From Octopus vulgaris (lineage: Eukaryota), in NCBI GenBank assembly GCA_951406725.2, contig OX597823.1, forward strand, positions 90,086,001-90,150,000: a DNA stretch of 64,000 bases. The letters run 5' to 3'. Of the stretch, positions 1-12,848 are shown in pieces; the stretch's first letter is position 1; each line of letters begins with the position of its first letter. The notes beneath the pieces are model-generated. The model had not been told where the DNA came from. It made no database searches and was given only the letters and a program-made list of their open reading frames with translations. A program made the position numbers and the translations under genes.

Positions 1-179
1 GTCATTTTCCGATTCCACACGTATTTATTTGTATTGTTGTTTCCTGAATGAATTTGCTTGTGCCTTCTATTATCTGTCCTATGTCTTGATTTCATTTGTC
101 GTCTGAGAGAAATTAGGTATTGTAATGGTTACTGAGAATATCCCCGCCCCCAGGTATTACTGGGTATCTCAGCTATTAC

Positions 180-180
<1 letters not shown>

Positions 181-213
<33 letters not shown>

Positions 214-240
214 ATGTATGCATGTGTATATATATATATA

Positions 241-293
<53 letters not shown>
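181..293. repeat. (TA)n/(TG)n microsatellite
   Basis: Direct inspection; explains the poly-YI/VC ORF at 125-307. Confidence 0.95.
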
Positions 294-296
<3 letters not shown>

Positions 297-953
297 ATAC
301 GATATAGTTTATATTTAAACACATAACGAATCCACTTATAGGAATTCAAGACGCTAGAAAGAACAGCTAGGTTCTATAACCACAAAAATTAGGGATAAAA
401 TTCGACACGAACGAATTAAAACATGAAAAACATTTTACCATCTAGTTTCCTGGACCAATTGGTTTCTGATTTTAGTTTAGCGAGTCAAGGAATTCGTTAG
501 GTGCAATCTTCTAAGCAGGACCACCTAGGGTTAAACATATACACACGGGATGATCAAAACTACTTGCCCTGTGTTTATACGTTCTAACTTTTTTCAAAAT
601 CCACTGCGCAGCCGCAGTTCTTCGCCGGCAATAATAAAAAACCGCCAACTTTTAAAACCGAAAATTATCCAAACAATTTACAATATTTAATCATATCAAA
701 AGAAAATGGAAATTAATTAAAATTTACATTTTCGGTAGTCTAATGTGTAAAAAATTTAGTCAAAGCGACTATATATTAGTCATACGATATAGTGTATATT
801 TAAACACATAAGGAATCCACTTATAGGAATTCAACACGCTAGAAAGAACAGCTAGGTTCTATAACCACAAAAATTAGGGATAAAATTCGACAGGAACGAA
901 ATGAAAAATGAAAAACATTTTATCATCTAGTTTCCTGGACCAATTGTTTTCTG

Positions 954-955
<2 letters not shown>
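294..955 (-). mobile_element. Partial-tandem non-coding repeat (485-bp unit plus ~175-bp terminal redundancy) with degenerate hammerhead; PLE pLTR or retrozyme-like
   Basis: 294-470 is directly repeated at 779-955. Flanked by (TA)n on both sides. Minus-strand HHR-like fold at 520->448. Confidence 0.6.
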
Positions 956-993
<38 letters not shown>

Positions 994-1190
994 TTTGCTG
1001 AAGTGTTTAACTAGATTAAATAAACAGGAATTTTATATATATATATACATGCTGAAATTAGCACTGGATGGACATGGTGGGAACAACTTTGATCATAAGT
1101 GTGCTTGTTCAGTAATGATCTGGGGCCAAACAACAACAAAATAAACAAAACGTTTTTAATTTCCTGCTTTTTTGTGTTTTTTTCTTTCAG

Positions 1191-1354
1191 TCAGATTTGG
1201 TTCCTGGCAAGGTTGGTCGAATAATACCGATGGTTCTTATGGGAGCACTTTCCATAATCGCAGGGCTATTGTCATTGTTGTTACCCGAAACAGACAACAG
1301 GAAAATGATGGACAACTTCAGTGATTTGACCAAATCTGGAGAACTGGAGTTCGC
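1191..1354 (+). CDS. Penultimate exon of an SLC22/organic cation transporter-like MFS protein (TM12 plus LPET motif)
   Basis: Polypyrimidine acceptor ttttttctttcag ends at 1190. Translation SDLVPGKVGRIIPMVLMGALSIIAGLLSLLLPETDNRKMMDNFSDLTKSGELEF: a hydrophobic helix followed by LPET, typical of the SLC22/sugar-porter C-terminus. Donor GTAGGT at 1355. Confidence 0.85.
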
Positions 1355-1911
1355 GTAGGTGTCTCTTACATGATTTAAACATCATCATCATCATCATCAT
1401 TGTTAGCATTATCATCATCATAACCATCACTATCAGCAACATAGTAATTATCATCATCTTCATCATCATTATGAACCAAGAAGCCAGCTTTTAATCGATC
1501 ATTCGACTTGCTAGAAATTACACCCTGTCACCTTAGAAAACGAAGGACACGTTGAATATTGAGGCACAATGGTCAGAAAACAATGCAGATTTTTTTAAGG
1601 CTGGAATGCCTTTGACCATAGGTCTCCTCAGTCTGAAGAAATCTGGGTTACTTGGTGGCAATTTTTTGTTTGGGTAAGGGTCTGAGCCCATAGCCATTGT
1701 GGAACTCTTCGACTTTGGTAACTCTGATGCCGTTAGCATTTCTCTTGTTGTGTTGTAAGTGAATGGCCACTGGGAGAAAGTGTCAGAAGAACAATGTCCT
1801 GGAAAGGAAAGTTTAACTGTTGTAGTTAGCAGTGCTGTAGCATGGGCAAGACCAAAGGACAGTTACTATGGACTCAAAATTCTTAGAGGCACAAGATTCC
1901 AAAAGAAAAAT

Positions 1912-2400
1912 TAAAGCGGTTGTCTGATAGGGTGTTTGCTTCCCAACCACGTGGTTGCAGGTTCTGTTCCACTGCATGACACCTTGAGAAAGTGTTCTGT
2001 ATTATAGCCTCGGGCCAATCAAAGCCTTATCAGTTGATTTGGTAGACAGAACCTGTATGAAGCCTGTTGTATTATGAAAATATAGATAGATATAGTACAT
2101 TTTTGTTGATTCTACCTCTGTCGGATCTACAAACCACACACACACACACATATACGCGTATGTATATATATATGTATGTATGCATGAATATATTTATGTA
2201 TGTGTGTGAATATGCGTTTCTGTCTCTATTTTTCCCTCCTCCCCCGCTTGACAACCAGCATTGGTGTGTATATAGTCCCGGAGCGTAGTGGTTCAGCAAA
2301 AGGGCACCAACAGAATATGTAGCAGACTGTTAAAAATTCTTCAATGCAGTTCTCCAGTATGGCCACAGTCTCATGCTTCAAACAAATAAAACATAACCGA
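1912..2400 (+). mobile_element. Degenerate tRNA-derived SINE of the abundant family, with central microsatellite
   Basis: Matches better copies at 32030 and 55570 (ccttg..aagtg, gccttgtgagtggatttggtagac, cttgacaacc..ggtgtg, atggccacagtc). Confidence 0.7.
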
Positions 2401-2850
2401 TAAAAGATTCAAAATGACCTATTTCCCCCACTTACTCAGAATTTGATTGATTTTTTCCCCCTTTGGTTGGCTTCGCTTGAAATGCCCCTGGGGTTTAATG
2501 CAGGGCAATGAAGAGTGGACACTGTAGGAGTGAAAAAAGGAGGGGAAGCCGAGTGAGTCAGTGATACCTTAATGGATATGAGCTGAGACTAGCTAACTCC
2601 CAGGAGCAACAGCAGTGGACGGGAAGGTGGTTTGCACAAAAATAACAACATCATTGATTTAAGATAATCTTAATCATCATCGTCATCATCACCATCATCA
2701 CAATCATCACCATCTGCATCATCAGCCACAACAATATTGTCCTCCTCCTTATCATCACTATTATCATCATATTTCAAATATTAAACATTATTTTGCTAAA
2801 TGTCTCATTGGCTCTTTCCTCTTTTTCTTTCTTTCTTTCTTCCCTTCAAG

Positions 2851-2929
2851 TACTAAAAAGGATGCAATTCTAAAGGAAGAAACCCAACCTATGAAACCGA
2901 TACAACCTGCAGAGGATATTAAATCTTAA
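2851..2929 (+). CDS. Probable terminal coding exon of the same transporter
   Basis: Long pyrimidine tract ending in AG at 2850. Phase-2 compatible with the upstream exon, giving (A)TKKDAILKEETQPMKPIQPAEDIKS*, stop TAA 2927-2929. Confidence 0.65.
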
Positions 2930-3605
2930 TTTACGTGTGTATGTATATATTTATATACATACGTGATTGTATGTATGTATGTATGTATGTATGTATGTAT
3001 GTATGTATGTATGTATGTATGTATGTATGTGAGCATACACACACAGTTAGACAGACAAACAGAGAGATAGATCATAAAAGTGGACACAAGAAATGATATT
3101 AATGCACTATAGGGTTGTAAAGGCATATGCTTATATGTGTGTGTGTATTTATATATATACATAAATACACACATACATACATATTCATCTCTCTATATAT
3201 AAAACTGAGAATGAATGTCTGTCTGTCTGTCTGTGTGTTTCCCTAAAACTTGAGAAATACACACCCAACTTCATTCAAATTTTACACATGCCTTACTTAA
3301 GGTCCGGGGAGTGTCATCGGCAAAAAATCTTAACTTTTTCCCTCGGGTGACACCACAGCAATATCATATCTTCTCCACTATTTCAGTATTATGTGTTAAA
3401 AGTGAAACAAAAACATCTCTCTTTTGTAATGCAGACACTTTCACTTTAATACTGAAACTATTAAAGTGAAAGTATTATATAACAGGGATGAACCGTTAAC
3501 AACGGTCATCCATTTTGCTAGAAGATCCGCTATGGTCTTATATGTTACACCACTGGTTTTCAATTCATATTAATCAAATTAATATTCAATTTTTCACCCT
3601 TATTA

Positions 3606-3637
<32 letters not shown>

Positions 3638-4160
3638 TGTGTGTGTGTGTGTATGTGTGTGTGTGTGTATTAGCAATTCGTATAAAATTGCATCAATGAC
3701 TTGAACTTGAATAAGTGGTTTCACATAAATGGGGATAAATTAAAAACGTTTGTTGTTATTATTATTACTGTTTGACTATTGTAATCACATTTGTTGGTTC
3801 CTCGTCAGGGAAACGTTGTTGTGTTGCATTTGTTAAATAATTGTAAACCGTAACCCTCCCCCTTTCGGAGAATGGGTTATTGTTTAAAAATTGAATTGTG
3901 TCCCTGTTTGGGGAAATTGACAATATTTTCATCGTCTTTACGGAAGCATTTTTGTTAAAATGCCTTCGATAGAAGAAAATCCAAAAATGAATTTCGCTGC
4001 AGCCGTACACTTCTATACAAGAGGGAGGACAAGATCCAATTGATCGAAATTGCAAGAGACGGGCCTACAATTCCAGTCTGTTATATATTTTGAGTATTGT
4101 TATCACTAGCGATATCAAGATATAACTTTGTATTTTGTATTTTATGTGTAGATGTATATA

Positions 4161-5390
4161 CGAGGGGCGTTCAATAAGTAATGCCCCTGACCCACTTCCC
4201 ATAGCAGTAGAGCAACGACACTTGGCACAGTTATTAGTGTTTTCCTACATAGGAACTACCCAGAGTTATGCATTTCTCCCATCGTTTGATACAGCTCTGG
4301 AGACCGTTTTTGTAGAAGACCCCAGCTTGGTCCTCCAACCACGACGTGACTTCAGAAATCAAGGCTGCATCATCTGGGAAACGCTTTCCTTTCAAAATCA
4401 ACTTCATGGCTCGGAAGAGGTGAAAATCAGAGGGTGCAAGGGGAGGAGTTCATAGCTGCACACCTGTGCTTCTGATCTGGCGACACAGGAGGAGGATGCC
4501 TTTGCTGATCTTGCCCCGCCTCTTGATTTTGATAGCTTCTCTTAATTTCCTCAAAAGTGAAGCATAATAGGCTCCTGTAATTGTGGTACCCTTTGCCAGG
4601 AAATCTGTCATCACTACTCCGTCCTGGTCCCAGAAGACTGTGAGCATAACCTTGTCAGAGGAGGGCTGCACCCTTGCCTTCTTTGGAGGAGGTGAGTCAC
4701 GGTGCTTTCATTGCATTGACTGGGCTTTGGTCTATGGATCATAGTGATGGACCCAGGTTTTATCCTGTGTGATCAGTCTTTTGAAAAATTTTGACTCATC
4801 TTCTTGGCACATCTCCAAATTCATCCTCGAGCACTCAACGCGTTCTTGCTTCTGGAAAGGTGTGAGCAACCTGGGAATCCATCTGGCAGACACCTTTTGC
4901 ATGTGCAAATGGTCATGAATGATAGTTTCCACAGACCCGGTACTAATCTTGACCTTATGGGCTATTTGGCGAATAGTTATGTGTTGACCTTCCAAAATGG
5001 CAGCCTCAACTTGACGGACAGACATCTCATCAACGGCAGAAGGGGGCGACCAGATCTGGGAGCTGTTTCCACAGAGTTCCGACTATCTTTGAATTCACAA
5101 TGCCAGCGTTTTACAAGGTCATATGATGGGGCATCATCACCATAAGTTACTTTCATTTCATCAAAAGTCTCCCGTGGTGTGCGTCCTTTCAAATACAAAA
5201 ACCAGATCACTGCTCGACACTCAACAGGCTCCATTTCACACTTGACTCAGTTCAAACACCTGTAAATCAGAAACCACAACTGTAATTCGCCACTTAATCT
5301 ATAGAGGTATAACTAAGTGCACATGCAAAATTTCAGCTAGATCAAACAACTGCAAGTGGGTCAGGGTCATTACTTATTGAACGCCCCTCG
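4161..5390 (-). mobile_element. Near full-length mariner with frameshifted DD34D-type transposase
   Basis: TIRs CGAGGGGCGTTCAATAAGTAATG.CCCTGACCCACTT at both ends, TA on each flank. Minus ORFs carry WIPRLLT, HHYDP and KVMLTVFWD motifs. Confidence 0.95.
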
Positions 5391-5734
5391 TATATATAGA
5401 TGTACATGTAATATGTACACATATATATACACATATATACTTGCATAATATATCTACCCATACACACATACGCACACACACATACATAGGGGCAGGTGTG
5501 GCTGCGTGGTAAAAAACTACGTTCCAAACACATGGTCCTGGGTTCAGTCCCACTGTGTGGTGACTTGGCATGTATCTTCTGCTGTAGCCTCAGACCAACA
5601 AAAGCCTTCTCCGTGGATGATTTTGTACATATATACAGGCATACATACATATATATACTTGCATACGTACATATTCGGCATAAACACTCTACCACTACAA
5701 CTAATAACTGTTGGGAACACTTTCAAACCTGCCT

Positions 5735-7682
5735 TACATTCGAACCGGAATCTCAACGCCCGAGTTTTCCATCTGAAGTTAATCTCTCTCATGGAGCTCA
5801 TACAAAAAGGGCAAGTCTTTGGGCCCATACAATGTGACATGTAGACAATCGAGTGGCAAAAAAGGGGCCTTCCACATGCTCATATCCTGCTTTTGCTCTC
5901 AGCGAAGATCAATTCTAATGACATCGGCAAGATAATCTCTGCAGAGCTTCCTGATCCAGCTTTAGACAAAGAACTATACGAAATAGTTAAAGCAAACATG
6001 GTACATGGTCCATGTGGGCGTGGATTCAACATAAACACACCATGCTTGAAGGACAGCATATGTTCAAAAAGACTTCCAAGGAGGTTTCTACAAGAAACTC
6101 AGACAGGTGCTGATGGGTATCCGTCATACAGACGCAGAAATCCAGAAGACGGAGGTTTCACAGCAACTATCGGACAGCACGATGTTGATAATAGATGGAT
6201 TGTTCCATACTGCCCACTCCTGTCAAAGACTTTCAATGCCCACATCAACGTTGAGTTTTGCAACTCCGTTAAATCCATCAAGTACGTTTGCAAATATGTA
6301 AACAAGGGTTCTGACGCTGCAATGTTTGGACTTCAACAAGAATACTGCCAGGATGAGGTGACGCATTATCAGGTGGGACGGTACATAAGTAGCAACGAGG
6401 CTTTCTGGCGCATCTTTGGCTTTCCTATTCACCAACGACACCCCGCCATTTAGCAGCTTGCAGTGCACCTGGAAAATGGTCAAAGAGTGTAATTCACCGA
6501 TGCTAATGTTTCTCTGTTGGCAGAGGAACCAAAGGATAGCACACTCACTGCATTCTTCAAGCTTTGTCAAGTGGATCCATTCGCTCAAACCTTGTTGTAT
6601 CCACATCCACAGATTCCATCGTACTACACTTGGAAGGGAAAAAAATGGGCCCCACGGAATGCAGGTCAAAATGTTCATGGATACCCTGGCATTAAGTTTC
6701 ACACTTGCCTTGGGCGAGTATATCCCACTCAACAAGAGTGCTTCTACCTTCGTCTACTACTGCATGAGGTCAGAGGGCCAACGTCTTTCCAGGCCCTAAA
6801 AACCGTTCATGGACATGTCTGCACAACATACAGAGAAGCCTGCTATCGACAAGGTCTGTTAGAAGATGGTGCACAATGGGATGCAACTTTAGGAGAGATG
6901 CTTTATCACAAGTCTCAGGGCACTATTTGCAGTATTACTACAGGCATGCGAACTGTCTGATCCGGCCACTCTATGGCTCAAATATAGAGACAACTTGGCT
7001 GAAGACTTTCAGCGTCAAGCTCAACTGCTCTATCCTGACATGGAGGGTATCAGCAATGAAATCTATAACAAAACACTCATTGACATTGAAGACAGAATTG
7101 CTAAACTGGGTGGAAATGAATTGTCGACGTATGGCCTGCCACAAGCATTCAGGTCAGGGTCAAATAGCCTTCCCACTGATGTCATTCGTGAAACAACCTA
7201 CGACACTCAAGCGCTTTCAAAGTACATTGTTGAAAATGAGCCTAAATTACTTCCAGACCAGCTGCAGGCCTACAGAAGTATTCTTAACAGTGTACGCCAA
7301 CGCGAGGGACGAATCTTCTTCCTCGATGCTCCTGGAGGAACAGGAAAAACATTTATTACAAAGATTCTCCTTGCAAAAGTTAGGCAGCATCAGGGCATTG
7401 CAGTAGCTGTAGCCTCCTCTGGCATTGCAGCTACTTTGTTACCCGGTGGCAGGACAGCACACTCAACTTTTAAACTCCCTCTCAATTTAGCAGCATCCGA
7501 AATGCCTTTATGCAACATCAACAAAAGCTTAGATCAGGGACAAGTACTTAAAATGTGTCATCTAATTGTCTGGGACGAGTGCACTATGGCTCACAAGGGA
7601 GCTTTGGAAGCATTAGATAGAGCCCTGAAAGACATCCGAGACTGTCAGGCTCCAATGGGAGGTGTAATGCTTCTGTTGTCAG
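5735..7682 (+). pseudogene. Helitron RepHel, Rep (HUH/Y2) domain plus N-terminal half of the PIF1 helicase
   Basis: IEWQKRGLPHAHIL (HUH) at about 5848-5890, KYVCKYVNKG (Y2), DNRWIVPY, DAPGGTGKT (Walker A), GGRTAHSTF, IVWDEC. In-frame stops present. Confidence 0.95.
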
Positions 7683-7829
7683 AATGCTTCTTTGATGATA
7701 TTCGGTCTTTTACAAGGGCAACCATTTCATTCCTGGCAACAAGGCATAAAAAAAGCAAAACAACAAAACAAAAAGTAAAAAATAAGACAAAGCGGCAGTT
7801 GAGTTGAAATTTCCAAAAATTCAAAACAT

Positions 7830-9010
7830 CAGACCTTGCTTCTTATTAAGGTTTTTTAGGACTTTAGTCCTTGCTAAATCAACTCTAAGTCTCTTGATTC
7901 CAAACCTTGCTTCCACACCTGAAATTTCTTCTCTAGTTCTTGTAGTGATTCAGCAATAGGTTCAAAGTCATCAGCGTAGAGGAGCTTTCACGAGTAACAC
8001 ATCTGAAATTCTTCTGTTATGGCCAGAAGGACTATGATGAACAAGCGGGGGCTGAGAATCGATCCTTTGTGTACACTCCTACATGTACATTGAATTCACT
8101 GTTATACTCATTGCCAACCTTCACCTTACAATCAGCATCTCTCTACCTGGTTTCTACAGCTCTCACCAATCACTCATTTATCTCTAGCCTTCTGCATTAC
8201 TTATAAGTTAAGGGAGCAGGGGAACCCGTCAAAGGCTTTCTCCATGTCAATGAAAGGAAAGTACAGAGGTTTGTTCTTGAACAAATACTTCTCCTGAAGC
8301 AGCTTCACCAAGAAGATAGCATCAGTTGTGCATCTTCCTGGCACAAAACTAAGCTGCATTACATGAAGTCTCCCCCTTTTTAATTTTTGACCTTCTCTGT
8401 AACATTCATTACCTGTTCCAGCGATTTGATACTTTTGTAATTATCTCTGTCTAAAGTGTCAACTTTACATTTGAAGAGATGACTATAATGTTGTTACACC
8501 AACCACTGGGTGTGTCACCTTCATGGACAACCTATCTAATTCCCTCTTACACCACCGTGTCACCTTATGTTTTGAGAGGACTTTGCACCAGCCACAAATT
8601 TGGTCAGTGGCCCCCATTGTGTAGTCTCGTCAGAACCTCCACTTGTCCTCTATGTTAGTCATATATTACTATCTTCTCCTCTTCCATGCCAAATGCTTCA
8701 TTTAGAACATCTCTAAATCTCTGACTATTCAGAGGATCCTTAAGCTTCCGAATCTTTCTTTTCCAAACTGGTTTGCTTCTTGGCGTCTTTTTAGCCTGAT
8801 CCCTGAAATCACTATTAACTAACCTATGTTGAAGTTTGCACTCTTCACCTGGGAAAGGTTTTGTATTTATAAGCAATCAGCTTTCCTGCTTTGTGGTTAG
8901 AATGTAGTCAATCTTGCTTTGTGTGGTTACCACATTAATAAGTGAACAGGTGACAGGTTAGTTTCTTAAAGTCGTAATTGAATATCATAAGGTTGTTTGC
9001 ATTGTGCACA
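7830..9010 (-). mobile_element. RTE-clade LINE fragment (APE C-terminus to RT), duplicate copy 1
   Basis: Minus-strand remnants IDYIL..QHRLV..D and RT-like GRCTTDAIF. Near-identical to 16360-17345. Confidence 0.75.
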
Positions 9011-9101
9011 CTCATATAAATGCACAAACAAATAAATACATACACATATACATATGTGCACATGCATGTATATATATATATATACATATATACATATACA
9101 T

Positions 9102-9170
<69 letters not shown>

Positions 9171-9178
<8 letters not shown>

Positions 9179-10340
9179 TAAATGAAAGAATGGAGTCGAA
9201 CGAAGATGTTAACAAAATTCCTTTAATAACAATGGTAGTGTTGATGGTAACAACAATAACGGTATTGTTGTCGGTGGTATTACTGGTTGTAGTACCATTA
9301 ATAATACTAATAATAATAGAAATAGTGTAGTTGTTAGCGCTAATAATAATAGTAACAACAATCATAATAAAAACTTCGTTTCGATCTCGGAGGACAACCC
9401 CAACAGAATCGAATTTTTGTCTAGTAATTCTAAGATTAAGAATTCTATTTACCAGTGTAGAATTTCTTCCGGTACCGATGTCTTCTTCTATATAGGAGCG
9501 TCCACTTCCCAGTTATCCAAGAGAATTTCAAACCACTATTCAACATTCAGGGATAGTAAAAAACGACATAGTACAGGGCTAAGTAAATTAGTTTGGCGTC
9601 TTAAAGACAACAATATAATTTTCAAGTTAGATTGGTTCATACTGTCTGTATCCTTTCCTTTTGATAAGGGCAGGAGATTTTGTAACATTTGTAACTCTGA
9701 ACTCTTCCATATTCTTTTCTCTAAGGTTCCCCTAGTAAATACAATCATAGAAAAATCATACAAATGTAAACACTGGCAGAAACACACTTTCTACTCATAT
9801 AAATGATAACGATAGTCACTGTGGTTTGAACAATTAGCTTTACGTCCACCCCACTTCTATAAAGAAATTCTTTCCTAAGCCTTCGAACATTCTTCCCTCT
9901 CCACTTATTCCCTACCTATTATTCCTTTATCCCTTCTCTTCCTACTATCTATCTTTGACGTCAATTCTTCTAACAGTTTTTTTAAAAAAAACACTCATTA
10001 TCGCTTTGTTTACCATGTAGGCAATCATCGAAATTTTTGTTTGTCTTGTTGTCGAGAGAGGCTCCCTTTCTTTCCTGATGAGAAGATTGCATAATGCACC
10101 ATTTATTCCTTTGGAATGAAAACATGCTGTCTTCGAAACATATGTCGAGAGTAAAGGAATTTTGTTAACATCTTCGTTCGACTCCATTCTTTCATTTATT
10201 CATATAGAACACACACATTTCTGCACATGAACCCGGAGTTTCTACCCTTGACAGGTCGCTTCAACCGTGTTTCTGACGTGAATTTGCTACCCAGGTTTCG
10301 GTTAAACAAATTTTCCATGCTGACGATAAACATAGGATAA
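9171..10340 (+). mobile_element. 5'-truncated Penelope-like element: GIY-YIG endonuclease, pLTR with hammerhead, inverted 5' pLTR fragment
   Basis: ORF 9417-9806 SIYQCRI..FYIGAST..KRISNH..LSKLVW..CNICNSE. Inverted repeat 9171-9225/10152-10206. Inserted in (TA)n. Confidence 0.88.
10065..10157 (+). ncRNA. Type I hammerhead ribozyme, canonical core
   Basis: Stem I cctttctttc/gagagtaaagg (imperfect). CTGATGA 10075-10081. Stem II gaagattgca/tgctgtcttc. GAAAC-ATAT-GTC 10135-10146 with palindromic minimal stem III. Predicted cleavage after C10146. Confidence 0.85.
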
Positions 10341-10354
10341 TTGATTCACCTACT

Positions 10355-10484
<130 letters not shown>

Positions 10485-11148
10485 CTATTTCTTATGCAAC
10501 TCATTGACCTCGTGCACCACTAGGTGTGTATAACCTGGTTTGTTACGGTTGAAATAGCATTGATGTTATTCCTTTTATATCGAGTTACTCAAATGGAATT
10601 TTTTTTAATGTAAAAACAACGAAGAGCAATAAATCACCTCCGCTACCAATACTGTACACGTTGTGTTCAAAATAGTGAAGTTATGAAAAATTTCTTCGGT
10701 TCTCGTTGGAATTATTGAACACCAACAGCATTTATTTCCCTGGCAATACTCTTTATTCATCATCATCATCATCATCAACATCATTTTCATCATCATCATC
10801 ATCCTTTAATGTCCATGTCCCATGCTCACATTTGGTATTCAAAGGATAGGAACATTAAGTATGATTTAATGGAGTCCTTTATTAGTTACGCACCATCGTA
10901 AAATACTGGTAGTTTTAAACGTGATCTTTGTCTTGAGGTATTATATAATTACTTTTAAATAAATATCATTGAATTATAAAGGTAATTTTACAATGAAATG
11001 TTCTCACAAATATAGAAAAGCATTTAAATACTTCAATTCTAAATAACTCATTAATTGTAATTGATTTCACATATTACGCATACTTTTTCTAAAAATGTTA
11101 AGCATATTTTGTAAATAGGTAACTAATTGTTGTGACGTAGGATTTTTA

Positions 11149-12108
11149 TGAGGGGTACTGAAAAGTTCCTAGCTTTGGGTAAAAGAAAATACATAAGAAT
11201 CAGTTAATTGTGATGTTATTCAACATATTCCTCCCTCACATTCACACACATATTGCAGCGGTCCTTCATTTTTTAAACCCTATAAAAAGAAATCGAACAG
11301 AGACATGTAGTATTCTGCATTGATAGATGACCCTATGGTTGGTATTTTATGAGTAGTATTCCGTCTTTGTCCCAAAACACTGAGACCATAATCTTTCCAG
11401 CTGACCTCTGGCTCCGAAACTTTTCGGAACGCAGTGAACTGATGTGGCACCAGTGCATTGATTGCTGCTTGAACTGGAGATCATATGACTAAACGAGCCA
11501 TAAAATTAGCCTCTCTCGCTGCAAACCGGTCCAATATCGCTTTTGATGTTGCCACTCTGATGTGCTTCTGATCTGCGGTCAGGAATTTCGGCAACCATTT
11601 CGCATAAGCTTCCTCATGTCCAGAATGTTGTGGATGATGTGGCCAACACTTCGCGTGAAATCCCCAGAGTTTCAGCGATGACTTTAGCTGAAATCTGGCG
11701 GTCCTCGAGAATCATGACGTGTACAGCGTCTGCTTTGTCCTCCTCTGTGGCCTCGGAAGCTGGTCGTCCTGATCGGAGTTCATCTGCAACCTCGAAACGA
11801 TCAGCCTGAAAGCTTGACACCCAGATTTACATTGTGGAGTAAGATAAGCAGCCATCCTTCAAGATTTCTTTCCTCTTGCCATGAATTTCCACTGCTCCTT
11901 TGCCTTGCAGAAAGAGGAACTTCATAACCACCCGAGCTACACTTTTACCAAAATCTACCGTAGGACCTGTCACCATGAGTTAAATGTGCAAAAAAGAGAA
12001 AGATATATTGTATACCATCGAAGTGTTCTGCATAACTTCCCCTAAATAGCTGTCGTACTTCCCCTGTGAAGTTAAGGGCTCTATACTTTCACTTTCAGAA
12101 CTCCCTCT
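11149..12108 (-). mobile_element. Mariner with internal deletion, decayed
   Basis: TIR gaggggtactgaaaagttcc and reverse actttcagaactccctc. ORF remnant DELRSGRP..ILEDRQIS. Lacks the segment present in the copy at 19990-20270. Confidence 0.8.
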
Positions 12109-12848
12109 GTCTTCATCTAGGTGTGTTGTGTGTATGTGTCTTTGTCCTCCAGCAATGCTTGAAAACAGGTGTGGGTGTCTTCATGTCGCTGTAACTTAGC
12201 AGTTCAGCTAAAGAAATCAAAATAAAAGGTACCAGCCATAAAATTATAAATAAAAAAGACAGATAGAAACAAAGCATATATAAATAAATATATGCGTACA
12301 CACGCACACACATTATGTAGGTAGGTAGGGTAAATTGCAACTGTTTCCTCTTGAATCGCAGCTGCTTATTCCATTATTACAATTAAGTGTGTAGTTAGTG
12401 TTGTTGTTGTTGTTGTATTGTTTGCAGAGTTGCATTATAACAAACCAGGAAGTTGAAACAGTTTTAGGTATTATTTATTCCCCATTACACATGTTTCGTT
12501 TGTCAATAGGAATTGCAAAGTTTTACGTGTTAGTTAAGCATATCAGAGACTTCCTATTAAAAATTCTTCAGACAGAAAAGTGAATTATACAAAACTTACA
12601 TTTGGCTGAAGTGTTTAAATAGATTTAATAAACAGGAGTTTTATAGGAAGTTGGGGTGAGGGGAAGGGAGAGCAAATTAAAAAGTAAAGAAAAGGGAAGA
12701 GAGAGTCACACACACATACACACAAGGAACAATGTCATCTTTGATGAAAACTCATTCACTCTATTTTATAAATTTGGGTTAAGTTTATATCTAGAGACAG
12801 CACAAAGAAGCCTTTAAAACTGACTGTTTAACCTCAACTGTGAAGAAT

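Noticed and set aside
12474-12567. Possible terminal exon for the minus-strand candidate gene (RIFNRKSLICLTNT*, AATAAA at 12479-12474)
   Set aside because: Weak AAG acceptor, no recognisable homology, and the order is confounded by the duplication.
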